Source: Candidatus Accumulibacter adjunctus
GTDB taxonomy: Bacteria; Pseudomonadota; Gammaproteobacteria; Burkholderiales; Rhodocyclaceae
DNA length: 64,000 nucleotides
Reading direction: 5' to 3'
Assembly: GCA_000585015.1 (NCBI GenBank)
Contig: JFAX01000001.1
Location: forward strand, 64,110-128,109
In this document: in pieces, positions 19,945-29,437 of the stretch
Numbering within the stretch: the stretch's first letter is position 1
Layout of the letters: each line of letters opens with the position of its first letter
Translations under genes and position numbers: made by a program
Notes under the pieces: model-generated
What the model was told of the DNA's origin: nothing
Databases searched by the model: none
The model's input: the letters and a program-made list of their open reading frames with translations, nothing else

Positions 19945-20610
19945 ATGGCTGGGGTGAATATGGACATGGAGCGGGCTCGCTTCAACATGATCGAGCAACA
20001 GATTCGCCCCTGGCAGGTTCTCGACCCAGCAGTACTCGACATGCTCGGCGAAGTGAAGCGCGAGGACTTCGTGCCGGAGGCATTGCAGGCACTGGCCTTC
20101 GCCGACGTCGAGTTGCCCATCGGCAACGGCCAGACCATGCTGCAGCCAAAGATCGAGGCTCGCGTGCTGCAGGAGCTGGCGATCAGGAACACCGACATCG
20201 CTCTCGAAGTCGGTACCGGCAGTGGCTACATGGCGGCCCTGCTGGCCTCGCAGGCGGAGTACGTGTTCAGTGTCGAGATCGACCCGGTCCTGGCCGAGAA
20301 CGCCAGGCGGCGGCTGCAGCAGGCGGGGGTGGTGAACGTCACGGTGGAGACCGGGGACGCATCGAGAGGATGGTCCGGTCCATCGCCCTACGATGTGATC
20401 CTCATCTCCGGTTCGCTTCCCGAGTTGCCGCAGGCCTTTCTGCAACAACTGAAGGTGGGTGGCAGGCTGGTCGCGTTCATCGGCCGGGCTCCGGTGATGG
20501 AGGCCCGCCTGATCGTCCGCACCAGCGAACAGGCCTACAAGACTCGCAACCTCTTCGAAACCGTGGTCCCGCCGTTGACCGCGCCTCAACATTCGGGCTT
20601 CGTCTTCTGA
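19945..20610 (+). CDS. protein-L-isoaspartate O-methyltransferase family protein
   Basis: 221 aa. Starts ARFNMIEQQIRPW and carries the SAM motif LEVGTGSGYMAALLA. An alternative ATG lies at 19960. It sits immediately upstream of tolC. Confidence 0.8.
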   Translation: MAGVNMDMERARFNMIEQQIRPWQVLDPAVLDMLGEVKREDFVPEALQALAFADVELPIGNGQTMLQPKIEARVLQELAIRNTDIALEVGTGSGYMAALLASQAEYVFSVEIDPVLAENARRRLQQAGVVNVTVETGDASRGWSGPSPYDVILISGSLPELPQAFLQQLKVGGRLVAFIGRAPVMEARLIVRTSEQAYKTRNLFETVVPPLTAPQHSGFVF

Positions 20611-20695
20611 GACGAAGCCCACCGCGAGTGGCAGAGTGAGGCCGCTGCGCGCTGCCTGGCGCTTGCGTGATCCGGGCCGAAAGTGAGATAGCCCA

Positions 20696-22045
20696 ATGCT
20701 TCGTCCTCTTGGCGCCGGAAAGCTGGCCTTCCTGCTGTCCGGCTTTGTCCTTGCCGGCCCGGTGGTGGCGGCCGATCTGCTGCAGGTCTATCGTGATGCC
20801 CTCGCCTACGATGCGCAATACGCTGCGGCGCGCGCTGCGGCAGAGGCTGGGCGAGAGAAGCAACCGCAGGCGCTGGCCGGCCTGCTGCCGACGATCGCAG
20901 CGACCGGGAATACTTTTGCCAACGATGCCAGGTTCGACAGCCGGATCAGCGGCAGCCCGATCAACGTCAGTACCCGAAGCAGCTTCAACAGCAACGCCTA
21001 CAATGTCAACCTGACACAGCCGCTGTTCCGCTGGCAGAATTTCGTCCAGTACGACCAGTCGAAGCTGCTGGTCATGCAGACCGAGGCCAGCTTTGCGCAG
21101 GCCGGGCAGGATCTGATCCTGCGCGTCTCGCAGGCATATTTCGACGTCCTCGTCGCGATCGAGAAACTGCGCGCGGTGCAAGCGACCCAAACAGCCATCG
21201 CGCAGCAGCTCGAGCAGGCCAAGAAGAACTTCGAGGTCGGCACGGCAACCATCACCGACACCTACGAGTCGCAGTCACGCTTCGATCTGGCGACGGCGCA
21301 GCAAATTGCCGCCGAGAACGAGCTGGAAGTGAAGCGTTACGCCTTGCGTGTGCTGGTCGGCAAGGATCCCGGCGAACTCAACCGGCTGAAGCAGAACGCG
21401 GTCATGGAAGCACCGCAGCCCGCGAGCATGGAGCCGTGGGTCGAGGCCGCCGAGCGCGACAGCTTCGTCGTCCAGGCGCAGGAGGCGGCGGCCGAGGCCG
21501 CGGCCAAGGCGGTCGAGATCAACCGTGCCGGTCACCTCCCGACCGTCGATGTGGTCGCCAACTACGGCCAGAACAACGGTCCGGGCCAGTCCGGGCTGGG
21601 CTCGATCGATACGACGACGCGGCAGATCGGCGTGCAGGTCAATATCCCTCTCTTTCAGGGTGGTGCGGTCAATTCACGTACCCGCGAAGCAGCCGCCCGT
21701 CGCGACGCGGAACGGGCCTCGCTCGACAACATCCGCCGCACCGCCGCGCTGAGCGCGCGGCAGGCCTACCTTGGCGTGGTCAACGGCTTGGCCGAGGTGC
21801 GTGCGCTGGAAGCCGCGCTGCTGTCGAGTCTCAGCTCGCTCGAGTCGAACCGGCTTGGCTACGAAGTCGGCGTGCGGATCAACATCGACGTCCTCAATGC
21901 CGAGAACCAGGTTCTGCTGACGCGCAGGGATCTGGCACGAGCCCGCTACGATACCCTGCAGAACCAGCTCAAGCTGAAGGCAGCCGTCGGCACCCTGACC
22001 GAGGCCGACGTCGAACGGATCAACCTGCTGCTCGAGGCGCCATGA
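20696..22045 (+). CDS. tolC: TolC family outer membrane channel protein
   Basis: 449 aa. Signal peptide, then DLLQVYRDALAYDAQYAAARA, and the two-repeat helical architecture typical of TolC. Confidence 0.85.
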   Translation: MLRPLGAGKLAFLLSGFVLAGPVVAADLLQVYRDALAYDAQYAAARAAAEAGREKQPQALAGLLPTIAATGNTFANDARFDSRISGSPINVSTRSSFNSNAYNVNLTQPLFRWQNFVQYDQSKLLVMQTEASFAQAGQDLILRVSQAYFDVLVAIEKLRAVQATQTAIAQQLEQAKKNFEVGTATITDTYESQSRFDLATAQQIAAENELEVKRYALRVLVGKDPGELNRLKQNAVMEAPQPASMEPWVEAAERDSFVVQAQEAAAEAAAKAVEINRAGHLPTVDVVANYGQNNGPGQSGLGSIDTTTRQIGVQVNIPLFQGGAVNSRTREAAARRDAERASLDNIRRTAALSARQAYLGVVNGLAEVRALEAALLSSLSSLESNRLGYEVGVRINIDVLNAENQVLLTRRDLARARYDTLQNQLKLKAAVGTLTEADVERINLLLEAP

Positions 22046-23291
22046 GGCTGTCGATCAGCGCTGCCGTCCGTTCGGTGGCGCCGCGGTGTGCCTGGCTGAA
22101 GCGGCTCGCGGCGGCGCGCATGCTGGCCAGCTGCAGCGGCTGTTGCAGGAGCTCTGCGGCGGTGGCAACGGCTTCGTCGGCATTGGCGACGCGGCGGGCG
22201 GCACCACAGGCGATGGCGTCCACGCTGGCCTGGGCGAAGTTGAAGGTATGCGGTCCGAGCAGCACCGGGCAGCCGCAGGCTGCCGCCTCGATCAGGTTCT
22301 GTCCGCCGAAGGGCAGGAGCGTGCCACCGATCAGTGCGATCTCGGCCAGCGCGTAGTAAGCCGGCATTTCTCCCATGCTGTCTCCCAGCCAGACGCGCGT
22401 TTCCTCGTCCGGCAGACTGCCACTGCTGCGTCGGCAGGAGGCCAGCTGTCGGTCGGCGATCAGCTCGGCGACCGCGGCGAAGCGCTGCGGGTGTCGGGGC
22501 ACGAGCAACAGCAGGTGGCGATGCGGCAGGCGGGCGAAGGCGTCGAGCAGCAGTGCCTCCTCGCCCTCGCGCGTGCTGGCAGCCAGCCACACCTGGCGGT
22601 GGCCGAGCGCTTGCCGCCAGTGTGCTCCGAGGCGCAGCCTTTCGGGCGGCGGTGTGACGTCGAACTTCAGGTTGCCGCAGACGACCGTCTGCCTGGCGCC
22701 GACGGCCCGCAGGCGCTCGGCGTCGGCCTCCGTCTGTGCGGCGATCGCGTCGAGAGCGGCGAGCGCCGGCTGGCTGAGGCCCGCAAGGCGGGCATAGCCG
22801 TGCTGCGAGCGCGTTGACAGGCGGGCATTGACCAGCGCCATCGGCAATCCTCGCCGCTTTGCTGCGGCGATCAGGTTGGGCCAGATCTCCGTTTCCATCA
22901 ACAACCCGACCCGCGGCCGGTAATGATCGAGGAAGCGGCCGCAGGCGGCCGGCAGGTCGTAGGGAAGGTACGCCTGATGCAGACGGTCGGGGTGACGCTG
23001 TACCAGCTCACGGCCGGCCGCCCGGCCGGTCGGTGTCATGTGGGTCAGCAGCATGCGGTGTTCGGGGTAGCGCTGCAGCAGCAACTCGACCAGCGGTTCG
23101 GCGGCGCGGGTCTCGCCGACGGACACTGCGTGCAGCCAGATCAGCGGCCCGCCCGCCGACGGTGGGTAATGGCCATGCCGCTCACCAATGTGCTGCAGGT
23201 ATTCGGGCTGGCGGCGGGAACGCCAGAGCAGGCGCAGCCAGACCAGCGGCATGGCCAGATGAAAGAGGAACGAATAGAGCAGCCGGATCAC
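22020..23291 (-). CDS. waaA: 3-deoxy-D-manno-octulosonic acid (Kdo) transferase
   Basis: ORF 22020..23672 trimmed to the GTG at 23291, which overlaps the waaC stop (GTGA). Sequence VIRLLYSFLFHLAMPLVWLRLLWR...LIWLHAVSVGE is typical of WaaA. 423 aa. Confidence 0.88.
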   Translation of the reverse strand: MIRLLYSFLFHLAMPLVWLRLLWRSRRQPEYLQHIGERHGHYPPSAGGPLIWLHAVSVGETRAAEPLVELLLQRYPEHRMLLTHMTPTGRAAGRELVQRHPDRLHQAYLPYDLPAACGRFLDHYRPRVGLLMETEIWPNLIAAAKRRGLPMALVNARLSTRSQHGYARLAGLSQPALAALDAIAAQTEADAERLRAVGARQTVVCGNLKFDVTPPPERLRLGAHWRQALGHRQVWLAASTREGEEALLLDAFARLPHRHLLLLVPRHPQRFAAVAELIADRQLASCRRSSGSLPDEETRVWLGDSMGEMPAYYALAEIALIGGTLLPFGGQNLIEAAACGCPVLLGPHTFNFAQASVDAIACGAARRVANADEAVATAAELLQQPLQLASMRAAASRFSQAHRGATERTAALIDSLMAPRAAG

Positions 23292-24244
23292 CGACGCAGC
23301 GCCCGTTCGGCGGTCGCGATGACCTCGGCCGGTGTGGGCGGCCTGCCGGTGTTGCCCAGGTTGCGGACGAAACCGTCGCCGAAGACCCCGGTGAGTGACG
23401 GATCGGTCGCCACGTAGAGGGCGATCACCGGCACGCGCAAGGCTGCGGCAAGGTGGGCCAGGCCGGTGTCGACGCCAATCACGACGCCCGCTCCTGCCAG
23501 CAGCGCCGCCAGTTCCCGCAGGCCGAGTGGTGGTGCGACCACGGCGCCGGCAACGGCAGTGGCGATGCGTTCGGCCCGCTCGCGCTCGCGCGCGTTGCCG
23601 GCCGGCAGCACCGCGGACACACCGGCGCCTGACAGTGCGCGACCGACCGCGTGCCAGTGCGCCTCCTGCCACAACTTGTCGTCACGGCTGGTGGCCGTCA
23701 GCAGGACGGCAAATGGTCCGGCCGGCAGCCAGCCGATGTCGATGGCCGGTGGCGATATGCCGTAATCGAGTGGCAGGTCGACGGGGTAGTCGAATGCCGC
23801 GGCTGCAAGCCAGCGGTTGCGCTGGACGGCGTGCAGGTTGCACGGAATGACGAAGGTGTCGTCGTAGAAGCGGGCGGCGAAGGATTCGCGCGCCGCTTCG
23901 GCGGCGTAACCGAGTCGCCGTCCCTGCGCCAAGCGGCCAACGAGGGCGCTCTTGACGAGGCCCTGGGTGTCGAGAACGAAGTCGTAGGTGCGCGATCGCA
24001 GCCGCTGCCGGAAGTCCCGCATCTCGCGCCAGGTGGCGACCCGGCCGAGCTGGTGGCGCCAGCGCCGGATGGCCACCGGAATCACCTCGCCAACCGCCGG
24101 GTGCAGGCGTGGAATGTCGGCGAAGCTCTCCTCGACGCACCAGTCGATGCAGGCTTCGGGGAAACTGCGCCGCAGGTCGCTGACTACCGGCAGGTTGTGA
24201 ATTACGTCACCTAGAGACGAGGTCTTGAGCAGTAGGATGTGCAT
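23288..24244 (-). CDS. waaC: lipopolysaccharide heptosyltransferase I
   Basis: 318 aa. MHILLLKTSSLGDVIHNLPVVSDL is the GT9 N-terminus, and GVDTGLAHLAAAL is also present. Confidence 0.85.
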   Translation of the reverse strand: MHILLLKTSSLGDVIHNLPVVSDLRRSFPEACIDWCVEESFADIPRLHPAVGEVIPVAIRRWRHQLGRVATWREMRDFRQRLRSRTYDFVLDTQGLVKSALVGRLAQGRRLGYAAEAARESFAARFYDDTFVIPCNLHAVQRNRWLAAAAFDYPVDLPLDYGISPPAIDIGWLPAGPFAVLLTATSRDDKLWQEAHWHAVGRALSGAGVSAVLPAGNARERERAERIATAVAGAVVAPPLGLRELAALLAGAGVVIGVDTGLAHLAAALRVPVIALYVATDPSLTGVFGDGFVRNLGNTGRPPTPAEVIATAERALRR

Positions 24245-24391
24245 CGCCGGGTCAGGGTGACGGGATCGGTGGCAGCCGGGAAGTGCGCATTATAGGCCCT
24301 CGGCGACCGTCGCCGGGCGACCTCGGCCGGCTATAATCCCGCCTCGCGCGAGCCCAGCGTGGCAAGCCGGTTCCGTCTGGAGACGATGCAA

Positions 24392-25813
24392 ATGAAACCC
24401 CCCGTGATTCGTCCGGTCATCCTCTGCGGAGGCTCAGGAACCCGTTTGTGGCCACTCTCGCGGACCCACTACCCGAAGCAGTTCCTTTGCCTGGTCGATG
24501 ACTACTCTCTGTTGCAGAACACCTTGCGCCGACTCGACGGCCTCGCCGGCCTCGGCAGGCCGATTGCCGTCGCCAACGAGCACCATCGTTTCCTGGTAGC
24601 CGAGCAGTTGTTCGAGATCGGCCTCAAGGCCGACATCCTGCTCGAACCGGCAGCCCGCAATACGGCACCGGCCGTCGCCGCAGCGGCCATCGGGGCACTT
24701 GCCGACGCCGCCGGCGACGCGCCGCCGCTGCTGCTGGTGCTTCCTTCCGACCACGTCATCGCCGGTGTCGCCGCATTCCAGGAGGCCGTCCGGGCCGCAA
24801 TTCCACATGCCGAGGCGGGGGCCCTGGTGACCTTTGGTGTCCTGCCGGACCGGCCGGAAACGGGCTATGGCTATATCCGACGAGGCGCGCCGCTGGCCGG
24901 CGGCTATGTCCTCGACCGCTTCGTCGAGAAGCCGGACGCGCAAACCGCGAAGACCTACCTCGACGCTGGCGACTACTTCTGGAACAGTGGCATGTTCCTG
25001 TTTCGCGCCGACAGCTTTCTCGATGCGCTGCAGCGCTTTGCGCCCGTCATGCGCGAGCAGGTGGCCGCAGCCTGCCAGGCGGCACGACGGGATCTCGATT
25101 TTCTGCGGCTCGATGAAGCCGCTTTCGCCGCCAGCCCAGCGAACTCGATCGACTATGCGGTCATGGAAAAGACCGATCACGGCGTCGTGATTCCCCTCGA
25201 CGCCGGCTGGAACGACATCGGCGCTTCGGATGCGCTGGCGAGCGTCGGCCAGGTGGACGGCGATGGCAACGCGCGACGCGGTGACGTCCGCAGCATCGAT
25301 ACCAGCAACTGCGTGCTGTTCTCCGAAGGCAGACTGCTGGCGACGGTCGGTGTCAGCGATCTGGTGGTGATCGCGACCCCCGACGCGGTACTGGTAGCCG
25401 ACAAGGCGAAGGCGCAGGACGTCAAGACGCTCGTCGATGACCTGAAGCGCGCAGGGCGCTGCGAGACTGAATTTCGCCATGTCGTCCATCGGCCGTGGGG
25501 CAGCTACGAAGGTCTCGCACATGGCCCACGCTACCAGGTCAAGAGGATCCTGGTGAAGCCCGGTGCCAGTCTGAGCCTGCAGAAACATCACCATCGTGCC
25601 GAGCACTGGGTTGTCGTCAAGGGCACGGCGGTGATAGCCCGTGGCGACGAATCGCTGCTGCTTTCCGAGAACCAGTCGACCTACATCCCGCTCGGGGTCG
25701 TCCATCGGCTGGAGAATCCGGGAAAGATCGATCTCGAGATCGTCGAGGTGCAGTCAGGCAGTTACCTCGGCGAGGACGACATCGTCCGTCTCGAAGACAC
25801 CTATGGCAGATGA
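24392..25813 (+). CDS. manC: mannose-1-phosphate guanylyltransferase / mannose-6-phosphate isomerase (type II PMI-GMP)
   Basis: Nucleotidyltransferase motif ILCGGSGTRLWPLSR and a C-terminal cupin (HHRAEHWVVVKGTA). Start placed at the ATG at 24392, 8 nt after GGAGA. The ORF track start is 24359. Confidence 0.9.
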   Translation: MKPPVIRPVILCGGSGTRLWPLSRTHYPKQFLCLVDDYSLLQNTLRRLDGLAGLGRPIAVANEHHRFLVAEQLFEIGLKADILLEPAARNTAPAVAAAAIGALADAAGDAPPLLLVLPSDHVIAGVAAFQEAVRAAIPHAEAGALVTFGVLPDRPETGYGYIRRGAPLAGGYVLDRFVEKPDAQTAKTYLDAGDYFWNSGMFLFRADSFLDALQRFAPVMREQVAAACQAARRDLDFLRLDEAAFAASPANSIDYAVMEKTDHGVVIPLDAGWNDIGASDALASVGQVDGDGNARRGDVRSIDTSNCVLFSEGRLLATVGVSDLVVIATPDAVLVADKAKAQDVKTLVDDLKRAGRCETEFRHVVHRPWGSYEGLAHGPRYQVKRILVKPGASLSLQKHHHRAEHWVVVKGTAVIARGDESLLLSENQSTYIPLGVVHRLENPGKIDLEIVEVQSGSYLGEDDIVRLEDTYGR

Positions 25814-25867
25814 CCCTGGACTCGCAGCCGGTTCGCCGGCGGCAGCCGCACGCGAAGGTTGGTGCTC

Positions 25868-26944
25868 ATGATTCTGGTTACTGGCGGCGCCGGATTCATT
25901 GGCGCGAACTTCGTACTCGATTGGCTGGCGACGAGCGATGAGTCGATCGTCAATCTCGATCGGCTGACCTATGCCGGCAATCGGCAGAGCCTCGCCTCCC
26001 TGAGCGGCGACGACCGCCACATCTTCGTGCATGGCGACATCGGCGACGGCGAACTTGGTGCCCGCCTGCTCGCGCAGTATGCGCCGCGGGCGATCATCAA
26101 CTTCGCTGCCGAGTCACACGTGGACCGCTCGATCCACGGCCCTGCCGACTTCATCCAGACCAACATCGTCGGTACCTTCCAGTTGCTCGAGAGCGTGCGT
26201 GCGTACTGGAAGCAACTGCCGGAGGAGGGCCGACAGAGCTTCCGCTTTCTGCACGTGTCGACGGACGAGGTATATGGCTCGCTTGCGCCGGATGCACCGG
26301 CGTTCACCGAGGATCACCCGTATCAGCCGAACAGCCCCTATTCCGCAAGCAAGGCAGCCAGCGACCATCTGCTGCGCGCCTACCACCACACCTATGGTCT
26401 GCCGGTGCTGACCACCAACTGCTCCAACAACTATGGTCCCTTCCAGTTTCCCGAGAAGCTGATCCCGTTGATGATCGTCAACGCTCTGGCGGGCAAGCGG
26501 CTGCCGGTTTACGGTGACGGCCAGCAGATTCGCGACTGGCTGTATGTCGGTGACCACTGTGCGGCAATCCGGCGCGTACTTGCTGCCGGCGTTCCGGGCG
26601 CCACCTACAACGTCGGTGGTGGCAACGAGAAGGCGAACCTGGATATCGTGCACACCATTTGTGGACTGCTGGACGAACTGCGCCCACGTCCTGACGGCCG
26701 GGCCTATCGCGAGCAGATCACCTACGTCACCGACCGTCCCGGCCATGATCGCCGCTACGCGATCGATGCCCGCCGGATCGAACGGGAACTGGGTTGGCGA
26801 CCCGCGGAGAGCTTTGCCTCCGGCATCGACAGGACCGTTCGCTGGTACCTGGCGAACCAGGATTGGGTGCACAACGTGCAGTCGGGAGCCTACCGCGAGT
26901 GGGTCGAGAAGAACTACGCCGACCGGCAAAAAATGGGATCATAG
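25868..26944 (+). CDS. rfbB: dTDP-glucose 4,6-dehydratase
   Basis: [16 protein letters not shown] and the catalytic motif [11 protein letters not shown]. 358 aa from the ATG at 25868. Confidence 0.93.
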   Translation: MILVTGGAGFIGANFVLDWLATSDESIVNLDRLTYAGNRQSLASLSGDDRHIFVHGDIGDGELGARLLAQYAPRAIINFAAESHVDRSIHGPADFIQTNIVGTFQLLESVRAYWKQLPEEGRQSFRFLHVSTDEVYGSLAPDAPAFTEDHPYQPNSPYSASKAASDHLLRAYHHTYGLPVLTTNCSNNYGPFQFPEKLIPLMIVNALAGKRLPVYGDGQQIRDWLYVGDHCAAIRRVLAAGVPGATYNVGGGNEKANLDIVHTICGLLDELRPRPDGRAYREQITYVTDRPGHDRRYAIDARRIERELGWRPAESFASGIDRTVRWYLANQDWVHNVQSGAYREWVEKNYADRQKMGS

Positions 26945-26977
26945 CCGCCTGCAAGTTCTTTCTGCCGGGAGGCGCTC

Positions 26978-27778
26978 TTGGGCTGGTGGCTGGCGTACGT
27001 CGCACTGGGCTTGTTCAGCGGTTTTTCGGCAGGCGCGCTGGGGATTGGCGGTGGGCTGGTGCTGGTGCCGTCGCTGACGATCATCTTCGCCGCGCAGGCG
27101 GCTTTTCCCGCGACCGAGGTGCTGCACCTGGCGCTCGGCACCTCGATGGCGGTGATCCTGTTCACCTCACTTTCCAGCCTGCTGGCGCACCATCGCCACG
27201 GCGCGGTGTCGTGGCCGATCGTCTGCCAGATCACGCCGGGCATCCTGCTCGGCACGATGCTCGGCACGCTGCTGGCTGCCAGCGTCCCGGCACAGCCGCT
27301 CGCCATCTTCTTCAGTGCCTTCGTCAGTCTCGTCGCGGTGCAGATGGTCTTCAACCTGAAGCCGAAGGCGTCGCGCGAACTGCCGGGACGCGCCGGCGTC
27401 GTCATCGTCGGCATCGGCATCGGAGCGGTCTCGGCGCTGGTGTCGATCGGCGGCGGCTCGCTCACGGTTCCCTTCCTCACCTGGTGCAACGTACGCGTTC
27501 ATGACGCCATCGGCACCTCGGCGGCGATAGGTTTTCCGATCGCCATCGGTGGTTCACTGGGTTACCTGTTCAACGGCTGGGAACATCCCGGGCTGCCGGC
27601 GGGGAGTGTCGGCTTCATCTACCTGCCCGCTTTTCTCTGGCTCGTGCCGAGCAGCATGCTGATGGCACCGTTCGGTGCGAAGCTGGCGCACAGCCTGCCG
27701 GTGGCCACCCTGAAACGCCTCTTTGCCGGCCTGCTGGTCGTTCTTGCAGCGCGCATGCTGTGGCGGCTGTTCGCCTGA
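26978..27778 (+). CDS. TauE/SafE family sulfite/anion exporter
   Basis: 266 aa polytopic membrane protein. Has the repeated GIGGG/SIGGG motifs typical of the family. Confidence 0.8.
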   Translation: MGWWLAYVALGLFSGFSAGALGIGGGLVLVPSLTIIFAAQAAFPATEVLHLALGTSMAVILFTSLSSLLAHHRHGAVSWPIVCQITPGILLGTMLGTLLAASVPAQPLAIFFSAFVSLVAVQMVFNLKPKASRELPGRAGVVIVGIGIGAVSALVSIGGGSLTVPFLTWCNVRVHDAIGTSAAIGFPIAIGGSLGYLFNGWEHPGLPAGSVGFIYLPAFLWLVPSSMLMAPFGAKLAHSLPVATLKRLFAGLLVVLAARMLWRLFA

Positions 27779-27785
27779 TTCCCGC

Positions 27786-28565
27786 TCAGCAGCCGCGGAA
27801 CCGCGGTGCCCGCTTGGCGAGGAAGGCGGCCAGCCCCTCGCGGTAATCCTCCGTCTCGAGGAAGGCGAAGGAGTCACGCAACTCCCCTGCGCTCAACGGC
27901 TGGTTCTCCTGCAGGCGCTGCAGCAGCTGCTTGTGCCAGCGGGCGACCAAGGGCGCCCCCTGGCAGATGCGCCGGGCCGTCGCGTAGGCTTCAGCGGCGA
28001 CTTCGCCGTCGCCGACGACACGCGTCACGAGTCCCTTGGACAGAGCCTCGGCTGCTCCCATGATGCGCCCCTCGAGCAGCAGTTCGCGCATCGTTGCGGC
28101 GCCAGCCAGGCGCAGCAACGCCTGCATTTCGACCGGATACATCGAGAAGCCAAGCCGGTTGATCGGCGCGCCAAAGCGTGCAGACTCACCACAGATGCGC
28201 AGGTCGCACTGGGCGGCGATCTCCAGCCCACCGCCGATGCAGGCGCCATGGATCAGTGCGACGGTCGGCAGCGGACAGTCGCCGATCGCCTGCAGCGCGG
28301 CTCCGGCCTGCGCGTGATAGGCCATTGCCCGGTCGACGGTGTCACGCTGGGTGCTGAACTCCTCGATGTCGCCGCCGGCGGCAAAAGCCTGCTCGCCTTC
28401 ACCCCGAAGTACGAGGCAACGCAGCTGGGGGTCGGCAGCCAAGCCGCTGACCACCTGCGCCAGTTGTTGCCACATGGCGGAGTCGACGGCGTTGAGTTTG
28501 GCCGGATTCGAAAGGGTGACGGTCGCCACCTCGCGATCGCGGGTGCAGCCGATGCGGCCGCTCAT
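27786..28565 (-). CDS. enoyl-CoA hydratase/isomerase (crotonase) family protein
   Basis: 259 aa. VATVTLSNPAKLNAV, FAAGGDIEEF and HGACIGGGLEIAAQCD are crotonase oxyanion-hole motifs. Start is ATGA-coupled to the upstream GntR gene. Confidence 0.85.
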   Translation of the reverse strand: MSGRIGCTRDREVATVTLSNPAKLNAVDSAMWQQLAQVVSGLAADPQLRCLVLRGEGEQAFAAGGDIEEFSTQRDTVDRAMAYHAQAGAALQAIGDCPLPTVALIHGACIGGGLEIAAQCDLRICGESARFGAPINRLGFSMYPVEMQALLRLAGAATMRELLLEGRIMGAAEALSKGLVTRVVGDGEVAAEAYATARRICQGAPLVARWHKQLLQRLQENQPLSAGELRDSFAFLETEDYREGLAAFLAKRAPRFRGC

Positions 28566-29239
28566 GGCAGCACTTTCGCCTCCTCGGTTGCGCCACGCAC
28601 GAGCGCCTGCCGCCCGGCAAGGATGTGGTCGTGCATCAGCTTCTGCGCGCGCAGCGCGTCGCCAGTCCTGACCGCCTCGAGGATGCCCACGTGCTCGTCC
28701 AGCGACTGCTGCAGCCGCCCATCGATGCTCAGTGAGAAGAGCCGGGTCAGCTTGAGCACCTTGCGCAGATCCTGGATCATCTGCCGCAGCCAGCGGTTGC
28801 CGGACATCTCCTGGATGCGCAGGTGGAACTCCTGGTTGACCTCGAAGAAGCGCCCGATCTGGTTGCTGGCGGCAAATCGCTGCAACTGCCGATGCAGCCC
28901 TTCGAGCCTGGCGATCTGCTCCGGGCTGGCCTTCCTGGTGGCTTCGAGGGCGCAGCGTCCTTCGAGCATTGCCATCAGGGGAAAGATGTCGTCCAGATCC
29001 TGATCGGAGATCTCGGTGACGAAAGCGCCGCGGCGCGGTCGCAGGGTGACCAGTCCTTCGGCGGCGAGTACCTTCAGTGCTTCCCGCAGTGGCGTCCGGC
29101 TGATGCCGTACTCGACCGCCAGCTGTTGCTCGTCGATGCGGATTCCGGGCAACAGCTCGTGCGCGAAAATCCGTTGTCGCAGCCGCTCGGCCACCTCTTG
29201 GTAGAGAGCGGTCTGCGCTATCCGACCTGGTGCCATCAC
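28562..29239 (-). CDS. GntR family transcriptional regulator (FCD/FadR-type C-terminal domain)
   Basis: 225 aa. Winged-helix sequence [28 protein letters not shown]. Divergent from the mutase operon. Confidence 0.85.
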   Translation of the reverse strand: MMAPGRIAQTALYQEVAERLRQRIFAHELLPGIRIDEQQLAVEYGISRTPLREALKVLAAEGLVTLRPRRGAFVTEISDQDLDDIFPLMAMLEGRCALEATRKASPEQIARLEGLHRQLQRFAASNQIGRFFEVNQEFHLRIQEMSGNRWLRQMIQDLRKVLKLTRLFSLSIDGRLQQSLDEHVGILEAVRTGDALRAQKLMHDHILAGRQALVRGATEEAKVLP

Positions 29240-29437
29240 TGGCCCTTCCCGCCCGGCGAATCGGGATCCTGGAAACTTGCTTTCATAATTATGGATACAG
29301 TATTATTCGCTGGGCGGGGTGTCAAGAGCTGGAAAAGGCTGCGCCAAGGTGCGCGTCTCCCGCCACGAATACCATGGCTGCGGCCTCGCCATATGGCTTG
29401 CCCGCCCCAATCCACAGATTTCCTGAAAGGTTCCGTC

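Noticed and set aside
23292-23672. Upstream extension of the waaA ORF into waaC
   Set aside because: It overlaps the waaC coding sequence in another frame. WaaA homology starts at VIRLLYSFLF, with a GTGA overlap at the waaC stop.
28823-29437. N-terminal 205-aa extension of the mutase ORF (track ORF 28823..31612)
   Set aside because: The extension runs antisense through the GntR gene and the divergent spacer. Mutase homology begins at [11 protein letters not shown] (ATG at 29438).
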